This document shows, piece by piece, positions 10,121 through 19,734 of a stretch of 64,000 nt of DNA. Source of the DNA: Nanobdellota archaeon. Its GTDB lineage: Archaea; Nanobdellota; Nanobdellia; Woesearchaeales; GW2011-AR4. How positions within the stretch are numbered: the first letter of the stretch is position 1; the number at the start of each line of letters is the position of its first letter. The stretch covers positions 47,039 through 111,038 of the forward strand of contig JBBSWH010000009.1 in the NCBI GenBank assembly GCA_038046385.1. Reading direction: 5' to 3'. The translations under genes and the position numbers were made by a program. The notes beneath the pieces were generated by a model. It saw only the letters and a list, made by a program, of their open reading frames with translations, searched no databases and was not told the DNA's origin.

Positions 10121-11215
10121 CTATTTAAGAAATTTCCTAATATGGCTGCAAACTTCATTTATATCTTCATCTGAAAGCGTGAATGCGGACGGAAGCCACA
10201 ATGCTTTTTTCGAAAGCGATGTGCTGTTTGGAAATTTGTCATCAGGAAGCCTGTATGGCTTTTGCGTGTGAATCGGGTGCCAGAATCTTCTGCATATAAT
10301 TTTTTTTGACAGCAAATAAGAGTCAAGATCATCTCTTTTTTCTACAATGGCGTCAGTCCACTGTGGAACTTCCCCGTTTTTTATGTCAAAATCAAATAAC
10401 TTAATGCCTTTAACCCCTTCAAGGCCTTTCCTGTAAATCTCATTTATTTTTGCCTGCCTTTTTACCCTTTTATCAAGATAATGCAGCTGCCCCAAGCCGA
10501 CAGCAGCCTGCAGATCAGTGAATTTGAAGTTATATCCTATTGAGTTATGCATGTCATCCCCGCCAGTGCCCCTCACAGGCCTGCCGTGGTCCTTTATCTC
10601 GATGAGCCTTTTATGAAGCGCATCGTCATTTGTTACGATAACTCCTCCCTGTCCCATTGTTATCGTCTTGTGGGCCGAAAAGGAAAAACATCCTGTTGCG
10701 CCGAAAGTTCCGAGATACTTATTATTGTGCTTTGACATTAGGGCCTCTGCAGCATCCTCAACAACATGCACATTATTTTTTTTGGCTATTTCTATAATCT
10801 CTTCCATGGGTGCGGCCCTTCCTGTCACGTGCACCGGAACGACAGCTTTTGTCTTTTTGCTTATTGCATCCCTGAAGGATTTTGCGCTTATGTTAAGATC
10901 TTCTTTATTGACATCAACCAGCACCGGCTTTGCGCCTGTCATTTCCACTGCATTTGCAGTTGCTATGAATGTGATATCAGGCACGATAACCTCGTCGCCA
11001 TGGCCGACGCCCAACGCCTTCAGCGAAACATAAATTGCAGCAGTGCAGCTTGTCACAACAACCGCGTGTTTGCAATTGACAAGCTTACATATTTCTTGCT
11101 CAAATCTTGCAGACATCGGGCCTTCGTTCGGGAAGCTGCTGTCAAGAACTTCTTTTATGTATTTGTGCTCTTCTTTCCCTATTTCAGGAACCCACCATTT
11201 TATAGGATTTGGCAT
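10121..11215 (-). CDS. DegT/DnrJ/EryC1/StrS PLP-dependent sugar aminotransferase
   Basis: Motifs TFIATANA, EDAAEA, SFSAHKTITMGQGG (Schiff-base Lys) and GYNFK. Confidence 0.93.
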   Translation of the reverse strand: MPNPIKWWVPEIGKEEHKYIKEVLDSSFPNEGPMSARFEQEICKLVNCKHAVVVTSCTAAIYVSLKALGVGHGDEVIVPDITFIATANAVEMTGAKPVLVDVNKEDLNISAKSFRDAISKKTKAVVPVHVTGRAAPMEEIIEIAKKNNVHVVEDAAEALMSKHNNKYLGTFGATGCFSFSAHKTITMGQGGVIVTNDDALHKRLIEIKDHGRPVRGTGGDDMHNSIGYNFKFTDLQAAVGLGQLHYLDKRVKRQAKINEIYRKGLEGVKGIKLFDFDIKNGEVPQWTDAIVEKRDDLDSYLLSKKIICRRFWHPIHTQKPYRLPDDKFPNSTSLSKKALWLPSAFTLSDEDINEVCSHIRKFLK

Positions 11216-11736
11216 TATAATATTTTCTTCAGCTTATTATGCTGTTTCAGCACATTTGCTTTATTTCTTTTTCTGATGAATCTTATCGGAATCCCTGCAT
11301 ATACTGACCAAGGCTTAAACTTAAAATTCGACGGCACAAAACTCAATGCCCCTATAACGGTGCCGTCCGGTATGGTGTTTTTCGGCATAATAACTGAATT
11401 TGACCCAACAGCGCACATATTGCCTATTTTAACATTTCCGGCTATTAAATTTGATTTTATATTTTTTGCATTCTTAGGCACAATAATCACCATATCATTA
11501 ACAAAATCGTCGCTTGTACACCATATTTTTACTCCAGACGACAAGCTGCAGAAATCTCCCAAGCTGAACTGCATTTCTTTGCCACCGGCAATGCTGCAGC
11601 CAGAGGCGATATGGGAACACTTGCCCACTTTAACCTTTGCTGAAAAATAGCAATAATCGTCAATTATTGAATAATCTCCAACAAAGAAATTTTCAGGGCA
11701 CCTTATTCTGATATTTTTTGATATAATCGGTTTCAT
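11215..11736 (-). CDS. Hexapeptide-repeat (left-handed beta-helix) sugar acyltransferase
   Basis: Repeated V/IG-x-x-x hexapeptides and C-terminal VYAGIPIRFI. Confidence 0.85.
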   Translation of the reverse strand: MKPIISKNIRIRCPENFFVGDYSIIDDYCYFSAKVKVGKCSHIASGCSIAGGKEMQFSLGDFCSLSSGVKIWCTSDDFVNDMVIIVPKNAKNIKSNLIAGNVKIGNMCAVGSNSVIMPKNTIPDGTVIGALSFVPSNFKFKPWSVYAGIPIRFIRKRNKANVLKQHNKLKKIL

Positions 11737-11740
11737 AAAA

Positions 11741-12925
11741 TCAATTCCTTTTTATGGTGTTCCACAGGTCGATTACAACTTTGCCTTTAGGAATAAAAGT
11801 GGATTTGTATGCCGAGTGAGGGACTCCAATGATTATAATTTCACATTCCTTAATGAGCTTTTCTTTAGTGATAAAAGTAGCATCTTTCACGAATTCATCA
11901 GAATAGTAAACCTTAGCCCCATGAAATCTAAGTATCTTGCCGAGCTTGTAAGACAAAGAGTCTCTTATGTCGTCTATGTCCGCTTTAAATGCCATTCCAA
12001 GTATGCCGACTTTTTTCTTTGAAATGTCATATTTTTTTCTCAAATCGTCAACAATGAAATTTGGAAGCCCCTCATTTACCATCATTGCAGCGTGCCCAAG
12101 AAGAAAATTATTGCTGCTGAAAGCAGAAAGCTGCATTGTGTCTTTGAGAAGGCATGGGCCTGCTGCAAATCCAGCCCCGGGCAATGAATGCGCCCTTTCA
12201 TAGCTTTCTCTCATTGCATACCTTACCTTGTCGTAATCAACCCCAAAGTTATTTGAAATAATGTAGAACTGGTTGGCAACTGCAAATTGGATATAGCGCC
12301 ATGCATTTGAGAAAAGCTTTACAAGCTCGGCTTCTCCCATTGAAGCCGGTATTATTTTTGGAGATATTCTTCCGAATAGTTCAGAAGCTTCTTTTACAGC
12401 ATTGCCGCTCATGCCTGCAACTACCTGCGGCAGCCCGTTTAATTCCTTGACAGCATATCCCTGCACGATTCTTTCCGGGCAATATGCTATGTTCCAATCT
12501 TTTCCCAGAAGATTCTGGATTTGCCTGCATGTGTTTGGATATACAGTGCTCCTTATGACTATAATCTGGTCTTTATTCAGATGTTTGCTTATTTTCTGGA
12601 AGAATTCAAGAAACTGTCTGGTTTTTGGATTGAGATATTCATCAACAGGAGTGCCAATCGCAACAATAACACATTTTGCCTTTGAGATGGATTTTTCGTC
12701 AAGAGAAATGCTTAATTTTTTGTTTTGCAGGACTTTTTTCAATATAGAATCTGCACCATATTCTATGAAAGGCATAATCCCATTTTTTACAGATTCTGCC
12801 TTTTTCGGGTCAATGTCATAGAGGCATACACTTATTCCTTTGTCTGCAAAAACTATTCCAAGCGGCAGACCTACGTGGCCAAGACCGCCAACAATGACGA
12901 CATCATATTCATAATTTTTAACCAT
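11741..12925 (-). CDS. Nucleotide-sugar 6-dehydrogenase (WecC/Ugd family)
   Basis: Motifs GGLGHVGLP, RSTVYP, YCPER, AELVK, GPCLLKD and AFKADIDDIRDS. Confidence 0.92.
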   Translation of the reverse strand: MVKNYEYDVVIVGGLGHVGLPLGIVFADKGISVCLYDIDPKKAESVKNGIMPFIEYGADSILKKVLQNKKLSISLDEKSISKAKCVIVAIGTPVDEYLNPKTRQFLEFFQKISKHLNKDQIIVIRSTVYPNTCRQIQNLLGKDWNIAYCPERIVQGYAVKELNGLPQVVAGMSGNAVKEASELFGRISPKIIPASMGEAELVKLFSNAWRYIQFAVANQFYIISNNFGVDYDKVRYAMRESYERAHSLPGAGFAAGPCLLKDTMQLSAFSSNNFLLGHAAMMVNEGLPNFIVDDLRKKYDISKKKVGILGMAFKADIDDIRDSLSYKLGKILRFHGAKVYYSDEFVKDATFITKEKLIKECEIIIIGVPHSAYKSTFIPKGKVVIDLWNTIKRN

Positions 12926-13049
12926 AAACCAACCAAATTAGCACTATATCAACTCATTTTTGAATATAAGTATTCCTTTAAAAAACTTATGATTGACGCT
13001 TTCAGCTTAAAGCGAAAGTCTTTTAATAAACAAATTTTTTACATTATCA

Positions 13050-14345
13050 ATGGCAAAAACAATTACTGTAGTGGGGCTGGGATACGTTGGATTGCCGGTT
13101 GCATGCCTTTGCGCAGAAAAAGGGCTTAAGGTCTACGGATTTGAAATAAGCAGCGAAAAAGTTTCTTCTATAAACAAATGGGAAAGCCCGATAAAAGATG
13201 ACTACATCTCTGGCAAGCTTCTCCAGCTAAAAAGCCACGGCATAAAAATACACGCTACAACAAACCCGGCAGAGTGCATTCCATTTTCAGATGCAGTAAT
13301 AATCTGCGTTCCAACGCCAATTGACAGGCACAACTCTCCAGATTTAACCGCATTGATGGAATCAACAGCATCTGTTTCGAAACATATTAAGAAGGGAACT
13401 CTTCTTGTGATAGAGTCAACAATATATCCGGGAACAATTGAGGAGATTGTTTTGCCTATACTGGAAAAGCAAAAATTCGATTCCCATAATGATGATGTTT
13501 TTGTAGCTCACTGCCCTGAAAGGATAGACCCAGGCAACAGAAAATGGACAATAGAAATGCTACCAAGAGTTGTTGGCGGAGTTACAAAAGAATCCACAAA
13601 AAAAGCAGCTGAATTTTACAGAAGCATAATCGAAGCTGATGTGATTGAGCTCAGCAGCGTAAAGGCAGCTGAAGCAACTAAGATAATGGAAAATACATTC
13701 AGGGATATAAACATAGCATTTGTCAACGAGATGGCGCAGAGCTTTGACAAAGCCGGAATCGATATAATGGAAGTAATCAAAGGAGCATCAACAAAACCGT
13801 TTGCATTCATGCCGCATTATCCTGGTGCCGGAGTTGGCGGGCACTGCATACCTGTAGACCCTTATTATCTAATCGAAAAAGCCAAGCAAATAGGATTCAA
13901 CCATAAATTCCTAAGCCTGGCAAGAGAGATAAATAACAGCATGCCGCATTATACGATACAGCTGCTCGAAAACGAGCTGCATAAGCTGAAAAAATCAATA
14001 AAAGGCGCAAAAGTCGGCGTTCTTGGGCTTGCGTACAAATCCAATGTGGACGACATAAGGGAAAGCCCGTCAGTTGAAGTAATAAATATTTTGAAGACAA
14101 AAGGCGCAGAAGTTTTAGTATATGATCCATACATTGCCAAGGAGAGCACAGCCTCAAGCCTGGATGAACTTTTGAGCCACAGCGACTATATTGTTCTGGT
14201 TACAGACCACGAAGAATTCAAAAGCATTGATCCAAAAAAATTAAAGGACAAGAAGATACATATAGTAATAGACGGAAGAAACTGCCTTGACAAGGAAAAA
14301 ATCAAGTCCATGGGAATATCTTATCACGGAATCGGAAGATACTAG
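13050..14345 (+). CDS. UDP-N-acetyl-hexosamine 6-dehydrogenase (WecC/WbpA family)
   Basis: Motifs GLGYVGLP, CVPTP, ESTIYPGT, PERIDPG, ENTFRDINIA and GVGGHCIPVDP. Confidence 0.93.
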   Translation: MAKTITVVGLGYVGLPVACLCAEKGLKVYGFEISSEKVSSINKWESPIKDDYISGKLLQLKSHGIKIHATTNPAECIPFSDAVIICVPTPIDRHNSPDLTALMESTASVSKHIKKGTLLVIESTIYPGTIEEIVLPILEKQKFDSHNDDVFVAHCPERIDPGNRKWTIEMLPRVVGGVTKESTKKAAEFYRSIIEADVIELSSVKAAEATKIMENTFRDINIAFVNEMAQSFDKAGIDIMEVIKGASTKPFAFMPHYPGAGVGGHCIPVDPYYLIEKAKQIGFNHKFLSLAREINNSMPHYTIQLLENELHKLKKSIKGAKVGVLGLAYKSNVDDIRESPSVEVINILKTKGAEVLVYDPYIAKESTASSLDELLSHSDYIVLVTDHEEFKSIDPKKLKDKKIHIVIDGRNCLDKEKIKSMGISYHGIGRY

Positions 14346-14350
14346 ATAAA

Positions 14351-15205
14351 ATGGCAAAAATATGCATAGCCTGCAACAGCAAAAACAGCATAAAATTATT
14401 CAAAAAAACATCATTTCTAAAATATCCTCTTTATATCTGCGCATCATGCGGACTTTCTTTTTACTATGCAGATGACAAAGACGTAGAAAAAAAATGCGAT
14501 GAGTACTACAATTCCGCATACTGGGGCAGCGTAAGAAAAGATTGGGATGACCAGAGAAAGCTGATACTACCGATAATAAAAATAATGAGGATAATGAAGA
14601 CAAAGCCGCTGCAGCAGATGTGGCATCACAGGCTTATGCAGAAGCACTCGGCATCGAAAGGCAAGCTTTTGGACATAGGCTGCGGCAAGGGAGAATTCAT
14701 GATGTTCTTTCATCAAATGGGATATGATGTTGCAGGCATAGAGCCGGACAGAAACAATGCAGAACTTATCAACAAAAAGTTCAAAAGAGATGTGTGCATA
14801 AACAGCATTGCAGAAAAAGCAAAGCTAAAGGGCAAATACGACATTGTTTACCTGTGTCACGTATTTGAGCACCTTATAAGGCCGGATAATTTCCTGAAGA
14901 ACATGAAGAAAAACATATCAAAGAATGGAATGGTATTCATTGAGGTGCCAAACTGCGAAAATCCAAGAATACTGGATAATTCAATAAAGCACCACCCGCA
15001 TGTGTACAACTTCACTGCAAAATCACTGAAGAATCTTTTTGAAAACTGCGGCTATGAAATACTCGAGATAGGGCCATATTCAGAAAAAAGAGGCAATTAT
15101 GCATTGAAATTTTTTTTAATGGCGATGCAGCTTAATAATTATAGAAAAGCAAGCAACAAAGACGGAGAAATGCTCATAGTGCTGGCAAAGCCAAAAAGAC
15201 AATGA
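14351..15205 (+). CDS. Class I SAM-dependent methyltransferase with N-terminal Zn ribbon
   Basis: CIAC...CASC, LLDIGCGKG, HVFEH and EVPN. Confidence 0.88.
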   Translation: MAKICIACNSKNSIKLFKKTSFLKYPLYICASCGLSFYYADDKDVEKKCDEYYNSAYWGSVRKDWDDQRKLILPIIKIMRIMKTKPLQQMWHHRLMQKHSASKGKLLDIGCGKGEFMMFFHQMGYDVAGIEPDRNNAELINKKFKRDVCINSIAEKAKLKGKYDIVYLCHVFEHLIRPDNFLKNMKKNISKNGMVFIEVPNCENPRILDNSIKHHPHVYNFTAKSLKNLFENCGYEILEIGPYSEKRGNYALKFFLMAMQLNNYRKASNKDGEMLIVLAKPKRQ

Positions 15206-15206
15206 A

Positions 15207-16391
15207 ATGACAATTTTAAAATATCTAAATTATTCATATTCGCTTATTGCAAAAGGCTCGCCTTTTTTTCTTGCAAACGAAATATCGAAGGATTTTCTCG
15301 GAATCAGAAACAAAACAGAAAAAAATTCTATCCATATAAAATCAGCTGTTGAATGGATTTTGAATGCGCAAAAAGCAAACAGCGACGGCGGGGTTTCTGA
15401 AATGTATTCTCTGTACAGGGGATGGCACGGATCTTATTCAGAGACAACCGGATACATAATCCCGACAATGTACAACTATTACAATAAAACAAAAAACCCA
15501 ATAATAAAAGAGTCTGCAATCAGAATGGCAGAATGGGAACTGACAAAACAGCTTGATTGCGGCGCATTTCCAGGCGGAGCAACTGCGGACGGAAAAGAAT
15601 TTCCCATTATATTCAACACAGGCCAGGTTCTTTTTGGAATGTCAAGGGCGTTTCAGGAGACTAAAGAAGAAAAGTACAGAAAATCTGCTGCAATGGCTGC
15701 AGACTGGCTTGTAAAAATACAGAACGCAAAAGGGCATTGGCAAAAATCAGAGTATCTTGAGACAATACACACTTACAACACAAGAACAGCATGGGCGCTG
15801 CTGAAAGCATATGAAATAACCGGCAATAAAAATTATGCAAAATCATCAGCAAAAAACATAGACTGGGCGCTGAATCAGCAGAATGAAAACGGATGGTTTG
15901 AAAACAATGCATTTCATAAAAATCAGGAGCCTTTGCTGCATACAATAGCATACACAATACAGGGAATTCTCGAATGCGGAATTTCTCTGCAAAACGACAA
16001 ATACATTAATTCTGCAAAGCTATCATCAGACAAGATTATTGGCATGATGAAAGAAGACGGCTCAATTGCAGGAAGCTTTGACAGCAAATGGAAAAGCAGC
16101 GTTTCATGGTCATGCCTGACAGGAAACTGCCAGATGTCAATTGTATGGCTCAGGCTTTATTATATTACAAAAGACAGGAAATACCTTGAAGCTGCAAAAA
16201 AATCCAACAATTTTGTAAAATCAACACAAAACATAAATTCAGGCCATGGCGGAATAAGGGGAGGTATAAAGGGCGCTTACCCGATTTACGGCTGGTATGC
16301 GCCGTTCTGCTACATAAACTGGGGCGCGAAATTTTTTGTTGATGCTTTAATGCTGGAAGAATACAAAAAAATCGGAAACTTTTTGTCATAG
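15207..16391 (+). CDS. Alpha/alpha-toroid (prenyltransferase/squalene-cyclase repeat or six-hairpin glycosidase-like) protein
   Basis: Repeated W-L-x-x-x-Q-x-x-x-G-x-W/F motifs (WILNAQ, WELTKQLDCGAF, WLVKIQNAKGHW, WALNQQNENGWF) and a YSETTGY motif. Confidence 0.7.
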   Translation: MTILKYLNYSYSLIAKGSPFFLANEISKDFLGIRNKTEKNSIHIKSAVEWILNAQKANSDGGVSEMYSLYRGWHGSYSETTGYIIPTMYNYYNKTKNPIIKESAIRMAEWELTKQLDCGAFPGGATADGKEFPIIFNTGQVLFGMSRAFQETKEEKYRKSAAMAADWLVKIQNAKGHWQKSEYLETIHTYNTRTAWALLKAYEITGNKNYAKSSAKNIDWALNQQNENGWFENNAFHKNQEPLLHTIAYTIQGILECGISLQNDKYINSAKLSSDKIIGMMKEDGSIAGSFDSKWKSSVSWSCLTGNCQMSIVWLRLYYITKDRKYLEAAKKSNNFVKSTQNINSGHGGIRGGIKGAYPIYGWYAPFCYINWGAKFFVDALMLEEYKKIGNFLS

Positions 16392-17279
16392 CTGCCTGTT
16401 AAGGACAATTCTAGAAAATATCTTGTCCATAATCTTTGCAAAAGGCTTAAAGTATTTTATGAAAGGGTAAATTGCTATATTGAAAATCTTGAAGGCACCG
16501 TCATTTCTCAGGAAAAAATAAGGGTCCTTGCCGAGGAGATTAGTTCCTTCCTCAAACAGTTTGGAAGATTCAACTGCAATAATCTTTCCATTGCCAAGCT
16601 GCACTTCTTTCATAGTCTTATTTTTAATTAAGCAATTTTCAAACTTTGCCAATGAAGTGAAGAAATAGCTGTATTTCTCGTAGTATTTTATACTGCAGTC
16701 TTTTGGTTTTTTATTTTCAATCATTTTTCCCTTTATTTTTACAATATTCCTGTAAGGAACCCCGTGCATCTGCTCGATATAATGCGCAAATGTAAGCGAC
16801 TGAAAAGGAGCGCCTAGAAACACAACCTTGCCGTTGCTCATGTGCAATTTTGCAAACACAGAATCAGGCCCAAACGTATCTTCGCCTTTTTCAGAAAAAT
16901 AATCTTTTAGGTTTCCCCAAACAGCAACAGAATGTGTTGGATGCAATGTTCTTTTTACTCCTTTCTGCTTCCTGAAGAATTCAGTCAATGTGCCTACTGA
17001 AGATTTTGTTGAATCAGGGTCAAAGACTTCTTTTTTTTCTATGCTATAGGAAAATGTCGGAAGTATTATTGTTCCTGATTTGCCTACTGATTCCTTAAGC
17101 GATTCGATAAGCGAGCCAAGAAGCAGTTCTCTGCCAGAAGCAAGTAGTTTTCCAAAAGACCCTATGTCGGAATGCACAAAAATAATATCTCCTTTTTCTA
17201 TTCCTGCCTTTTTCAGGCTTTTCTGGAAGTCTATCTTCCTTAATATTGCACCGTTTGCCTCATACAGCGGCTCATTCAT
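16386..17279 (-). CDS. AAC(3)-family (Antibiotic_NAT) N-acyltransferase
   Basis: Motifs IFVHSD, IILPTFSY, GTLTEFFR, RTLHPTHSVAVWG and HYIEQ. Start moved to ATG 17279, which overlaps the end of the maoC-like gene. Confidence 0.88.
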   Translation of the reverse strand: MNEPLYEANGAILRKIDFQKSLKKAGIEKGDIIFVHSDIGSFGKLLASGRELLLGSLIESLKESVGKSGTIILPTFSYSIEKKEVFDPDSTKSSVGTLTEFFRKQKGVKRTLHPTHSVAVWGNLKDYFSEKGEDTFGPDSVFAKLHMSNGKVVFLGAPFQSLTFAHYIEQMHGVPYRNIVKIKGKMIENKKPKDCSIKYYEKYSYFFTSLAKFENCLIKNKTMKEVQLGNGKIIAVESSKLFEEGTNLLGKDPYFFLRNDGAFKIFNIAIYPFIKYFKPFAKIMDKIFSRIVLNRQL

Positions 17280-17697
17280 TTTTGAATATGACCTGGACGA
17301 TTCCATTGCCCCTGAATATAAGCTCGTTTTTGTTTCTGTATATCTCTGTTTTTATCTCTACAAATTTTGTAGACTCAATTTTTCTTGTAACCTTTCCAAC
17401 CACTTTTAATTCATCGCCTATAAAATAGGGCTTTACAAACTCAGCATCCTGCTTTATGCAGACTGAAGTGCCTCCGGGAAGGTATTCCCCATAGAGCCGT
17501 GATACAAAACTCGTGAGGAGAAAAGCATACCCTATTCTTTTTCCGAATTTTGTCTTTGATGAAAATTTTTCATTACAGTGTATTGGGCTTTTGTCCCCTG
17601 AGAGGTTAGAGAAGGCATTGTGGAGCTTCTCATCACACTTTACAGTAAAGCTTGCCTCGTCCCCAATGCCTATTTCTGAAAATATTTTTCCTTTCAT
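17272..17697 (-). CDS. MaoC-family hot-dog-fold (de)hydratase
   Basis: Hydratase motif FSNLSGDKSPIH (D-x-x-P-x-H), then FGKRI, LPG and FVKPYFIGD. Confidence 0.9.
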   Translation of the reverse strand: MKGKIFSEIGIGDEASFTVKCDEKLHNAFSNLSGDKSPIHCNEKFSSKTKFGKRIGYAFLLTSFVSRLYGEYLPGGTSVCIKQDAEFVKPYFIGDELKVVGKVTRKIESTKFVEIKTEIYRNKNELIFRGNGIVQVIFKNE

Positions 17698-17924
17698 TTT
17701 GCCTTGGCCTTTTTTTCAAACGAGTTTTTTAAGTCACCAAATGATTTTATGCTTTCTATTTCTTTTATAGTGAATTTTATCCCTGTTTTCTTTTCTATCT
17801 CGCTCATCAGCATCAGGTGATTGAATGAATCCCATTCTTCTGAATTGTCCCTGCTGAAACTGTCGTTCAGCTTTTCCTGCTTTATTCTAAGCACAGAAGC
17901 CATTATTGACTTTAAATTTTCCAT
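17694..17924 (-). CDS. Acyl carrier protein
   Basis: 76 aa with a WDSFNH phosphopantetheine attachment motif (Ser) followed by helix II LMLMSEIE. Confidence 0.88.
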   Translation of the reverse strand: MENLKSIMASVLRIKQEKLNDSFSRDNSEEWDSFNHLMLMSEIEKKTGIKFTIKEIESIKSFGDLKNSFEKKAKAK

Positions 17925-17925
17925 T

Positions 17926-19734
17926 TTATTTTTCCATCACTTTTATAAAATCAGGGGCATTGTATTTTTTTGAAATGTCATATTGCCACAGCTCCGTTCC
18001 ATTTTTCTTTTCCTTTAGCTTAAACCCATTATTCTTATAAAAATCCTTTGCAACTTCATTCTTATTTGTAGGAATAAAAAATGCCTTTAGCTGTTTTGCT
18101 TTTTTGGCTTTTGCTTCTTTTATTATAAACCAGAGCATAGACTCTTCAATCTTTCTTCCAATAACCCTGCAGCTCAGAAGGAATGTGTCAATTTCCCATT
18201 CATCAGCAGATTTTTTGATGATTGCTGCTCCTACAATCCCATTGTCCCCAAATTTATCCCTGCTCCTGACAGAAACTACAATCTCATTTTTGTTATTTGA
18301 CATTTTTTGAATATCCTCTTCAAGATACCTTTTTGTTGTCATATTGAACTGGTTTGTTTTTTGAGTCAGCTGTGATATCCTCGGAATGCTGAAGCTGCTG
18401 GCTTTTTCTATTGCAACAACGCTTCCAAGGCTTTTGAGATAAGAGTCTATATCTTTTGATGAGCTTTGAAGCTCTGCCCTTTTCCTTTGCTCTGCATACA
18501 TTTTTCCTTTTTTAAAATCCTCTTCAGTTATGCTGAATAAATTGAAGTCATTTGTTTCCATCAGGGTTTTTAGGTAAAGCGACGGGTCTTCCGGCATGTC
18601 AACAACAGTTACCTCGGGAAGCATTTTCCTGACAAAATCCCTGTTTAATTTATCATCGTCAATGAAGACCAGGCTATCTAAGCCTATGTTAAGCTCTTTT
18701 GCAATTTCTGCAATGTTTGATGCTTTGTCATCCCAGTTTATTTTCATGGATGCGAAATTGTTTTCCCTTAAGACCATGTCGGGATGTTTTTTAAAAACTT
18801 CAATTGCATCATTAAAATTGTTTTTGCTGCTTATTGCAAGTATCACACCTCTTTCGAACATCGCCAGCAGCGCTTTCTGGAACTCCGTAAACGGCCTTCC
18901 TTCAGGAGTGTTTCCTATTTTTATGCCTTCAATTCCGTCTTCTCCTATTATTCCGCCCCAAAGCGTGTTGTCAAGATCAAGCACGATGCATTTTTTTGTC
19001 AGGATCATCAACGGCTTTATGTAACCCATGTAATCTTTGCACAAATAAGGAACGCTCTGAATGCTTAGCCTGATATCTCCCATGTAATACATCTTGAAAT
19101 CTGTTGTATTTTCTTTGCCGATTTTTGAGCAGAACGATTCATAATCAAACAGGAACACTTTTGGATTATTTTTGCAATAATCCCTTAAATCAGAGTTTAA
19201 TTTTTCAACAGACTCTTTTAACCCAAAATCCTGCCGGTTTTCAAGAATTCCTATAGGGGAGTAAACAGGAACTTCAAAGTTATGCACAACTATTTTTGCA
19301 GTTGTTTTTTTCTCCAGTTTTTCAATAAGAATTTTTATGTCATTAAATTTTGAATTTATGTATGTTTTTCTCTTGCCGGATGATATGGAATACGGATTTA
19401 GGAAATAATCCTGCAGAATTGATTTTGTGTCAATGAAAAGAATCACAAGGCTTGGATTGAATTTGTACAAATCACTCGAATCATCAAGGATTTCCTGGGA
19501 ATACTGATTATATCCCCCGATGTAAATATCTGGGGTTATGCCTGCTTCGCAGCATTTCACAAAGATAGATTCTTTAAATCCGTTTGAAGTAAAGCTCGAG
19601 AGAAAGGCAACTTTCAGCTTCTTGCCGCTTATCTTATTTTTTTTAATTTCAGAATTCAGATGTTTGTAGAGGTTGATGTAGTCCGGCATGTTTTTTGGAT
19701 TTTTTTTCTTTATTATCTGGATTATTCTTTTCAT
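17926..19734 (-). CDS. FkbH-like HAD-IIIC glyceryl-transferase/phosphatase
   Basis: Motifs VLDLDNTLWGG, SKNN, KINWDDK, FIDD, QKTNQFN, DKFGDNG and LLSCRVIGR (acyl-carrying Cys), with a long N-terminal extension. Confidence 0.93.
   Translation of the reverse strand: MKRIIQIIKKKNPKNMPDYINLYKHLNSEIKKNKISGKKLKVAFLSSFTSNGFKESIFVKCCEAGITPDIYIGGYNQYSQEILDDSSDLYKFNPSLVILFIDTKSILQDYFLNPYSISSGKRKTYINSKFNDIKILIEKLEKKTTAKIVVHNFEVPVYSPIGILENRQDFGLKESVEKLNSDLRDYCKNNPKVFLFDYESFCSKIGKENTTDFKMYYMGDIRLSIQSVPYLCKDYMGYIKPLMILTKKCIVLDLDNTLWGGIIGEDGIEGIKIGNTPEGRPFTEFQKALLAMFERGVILAISSKNNFNDAIEVFKKHPDMVLRENNFASMKINWDDKASNIAEIAKELNIGLDSLVFIDDDKLNRDFVRKMLPEVTVVDMPEDPSLYLKTLMETNDFNLFSITEEDFKKGKMYAEQRKRAELQSSSKDIDSYLKSLGSVVAIEKASSFSIPRISQLTQKTNQFNMTTKRYLEEDIQKMSNNKNEIVVSVRSRDKFGDNGIVGAAIIKKSADEWEIDTFLLSCRVIGRKIEESMLWFIIKEAKAKKAKQLKAFFIPTNKNEVAKDFYKNNGFKLKEKKNGTELWQYDISKKYNAPDFIKVMEK

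Noticed and set aside
10766-11650. 294-aa plus-strand ORF
   Set aside because: It is an antisense shadow of the well-supported DegT and acyltransferase genes and has no recognisable motifs.
15207-16391. Squalene-hopene cyclase call
   Set aside because: It is only about one barrel long and no DxDD catalytic motif was seen.
16386-17279. AAC(3) as an aminoglycoside-resistance gene
   Set aside because: It is translationally coupled to ACP/FkbH/MaoC inside a glycan locus, so a biosynthetic role is more parsimonious.
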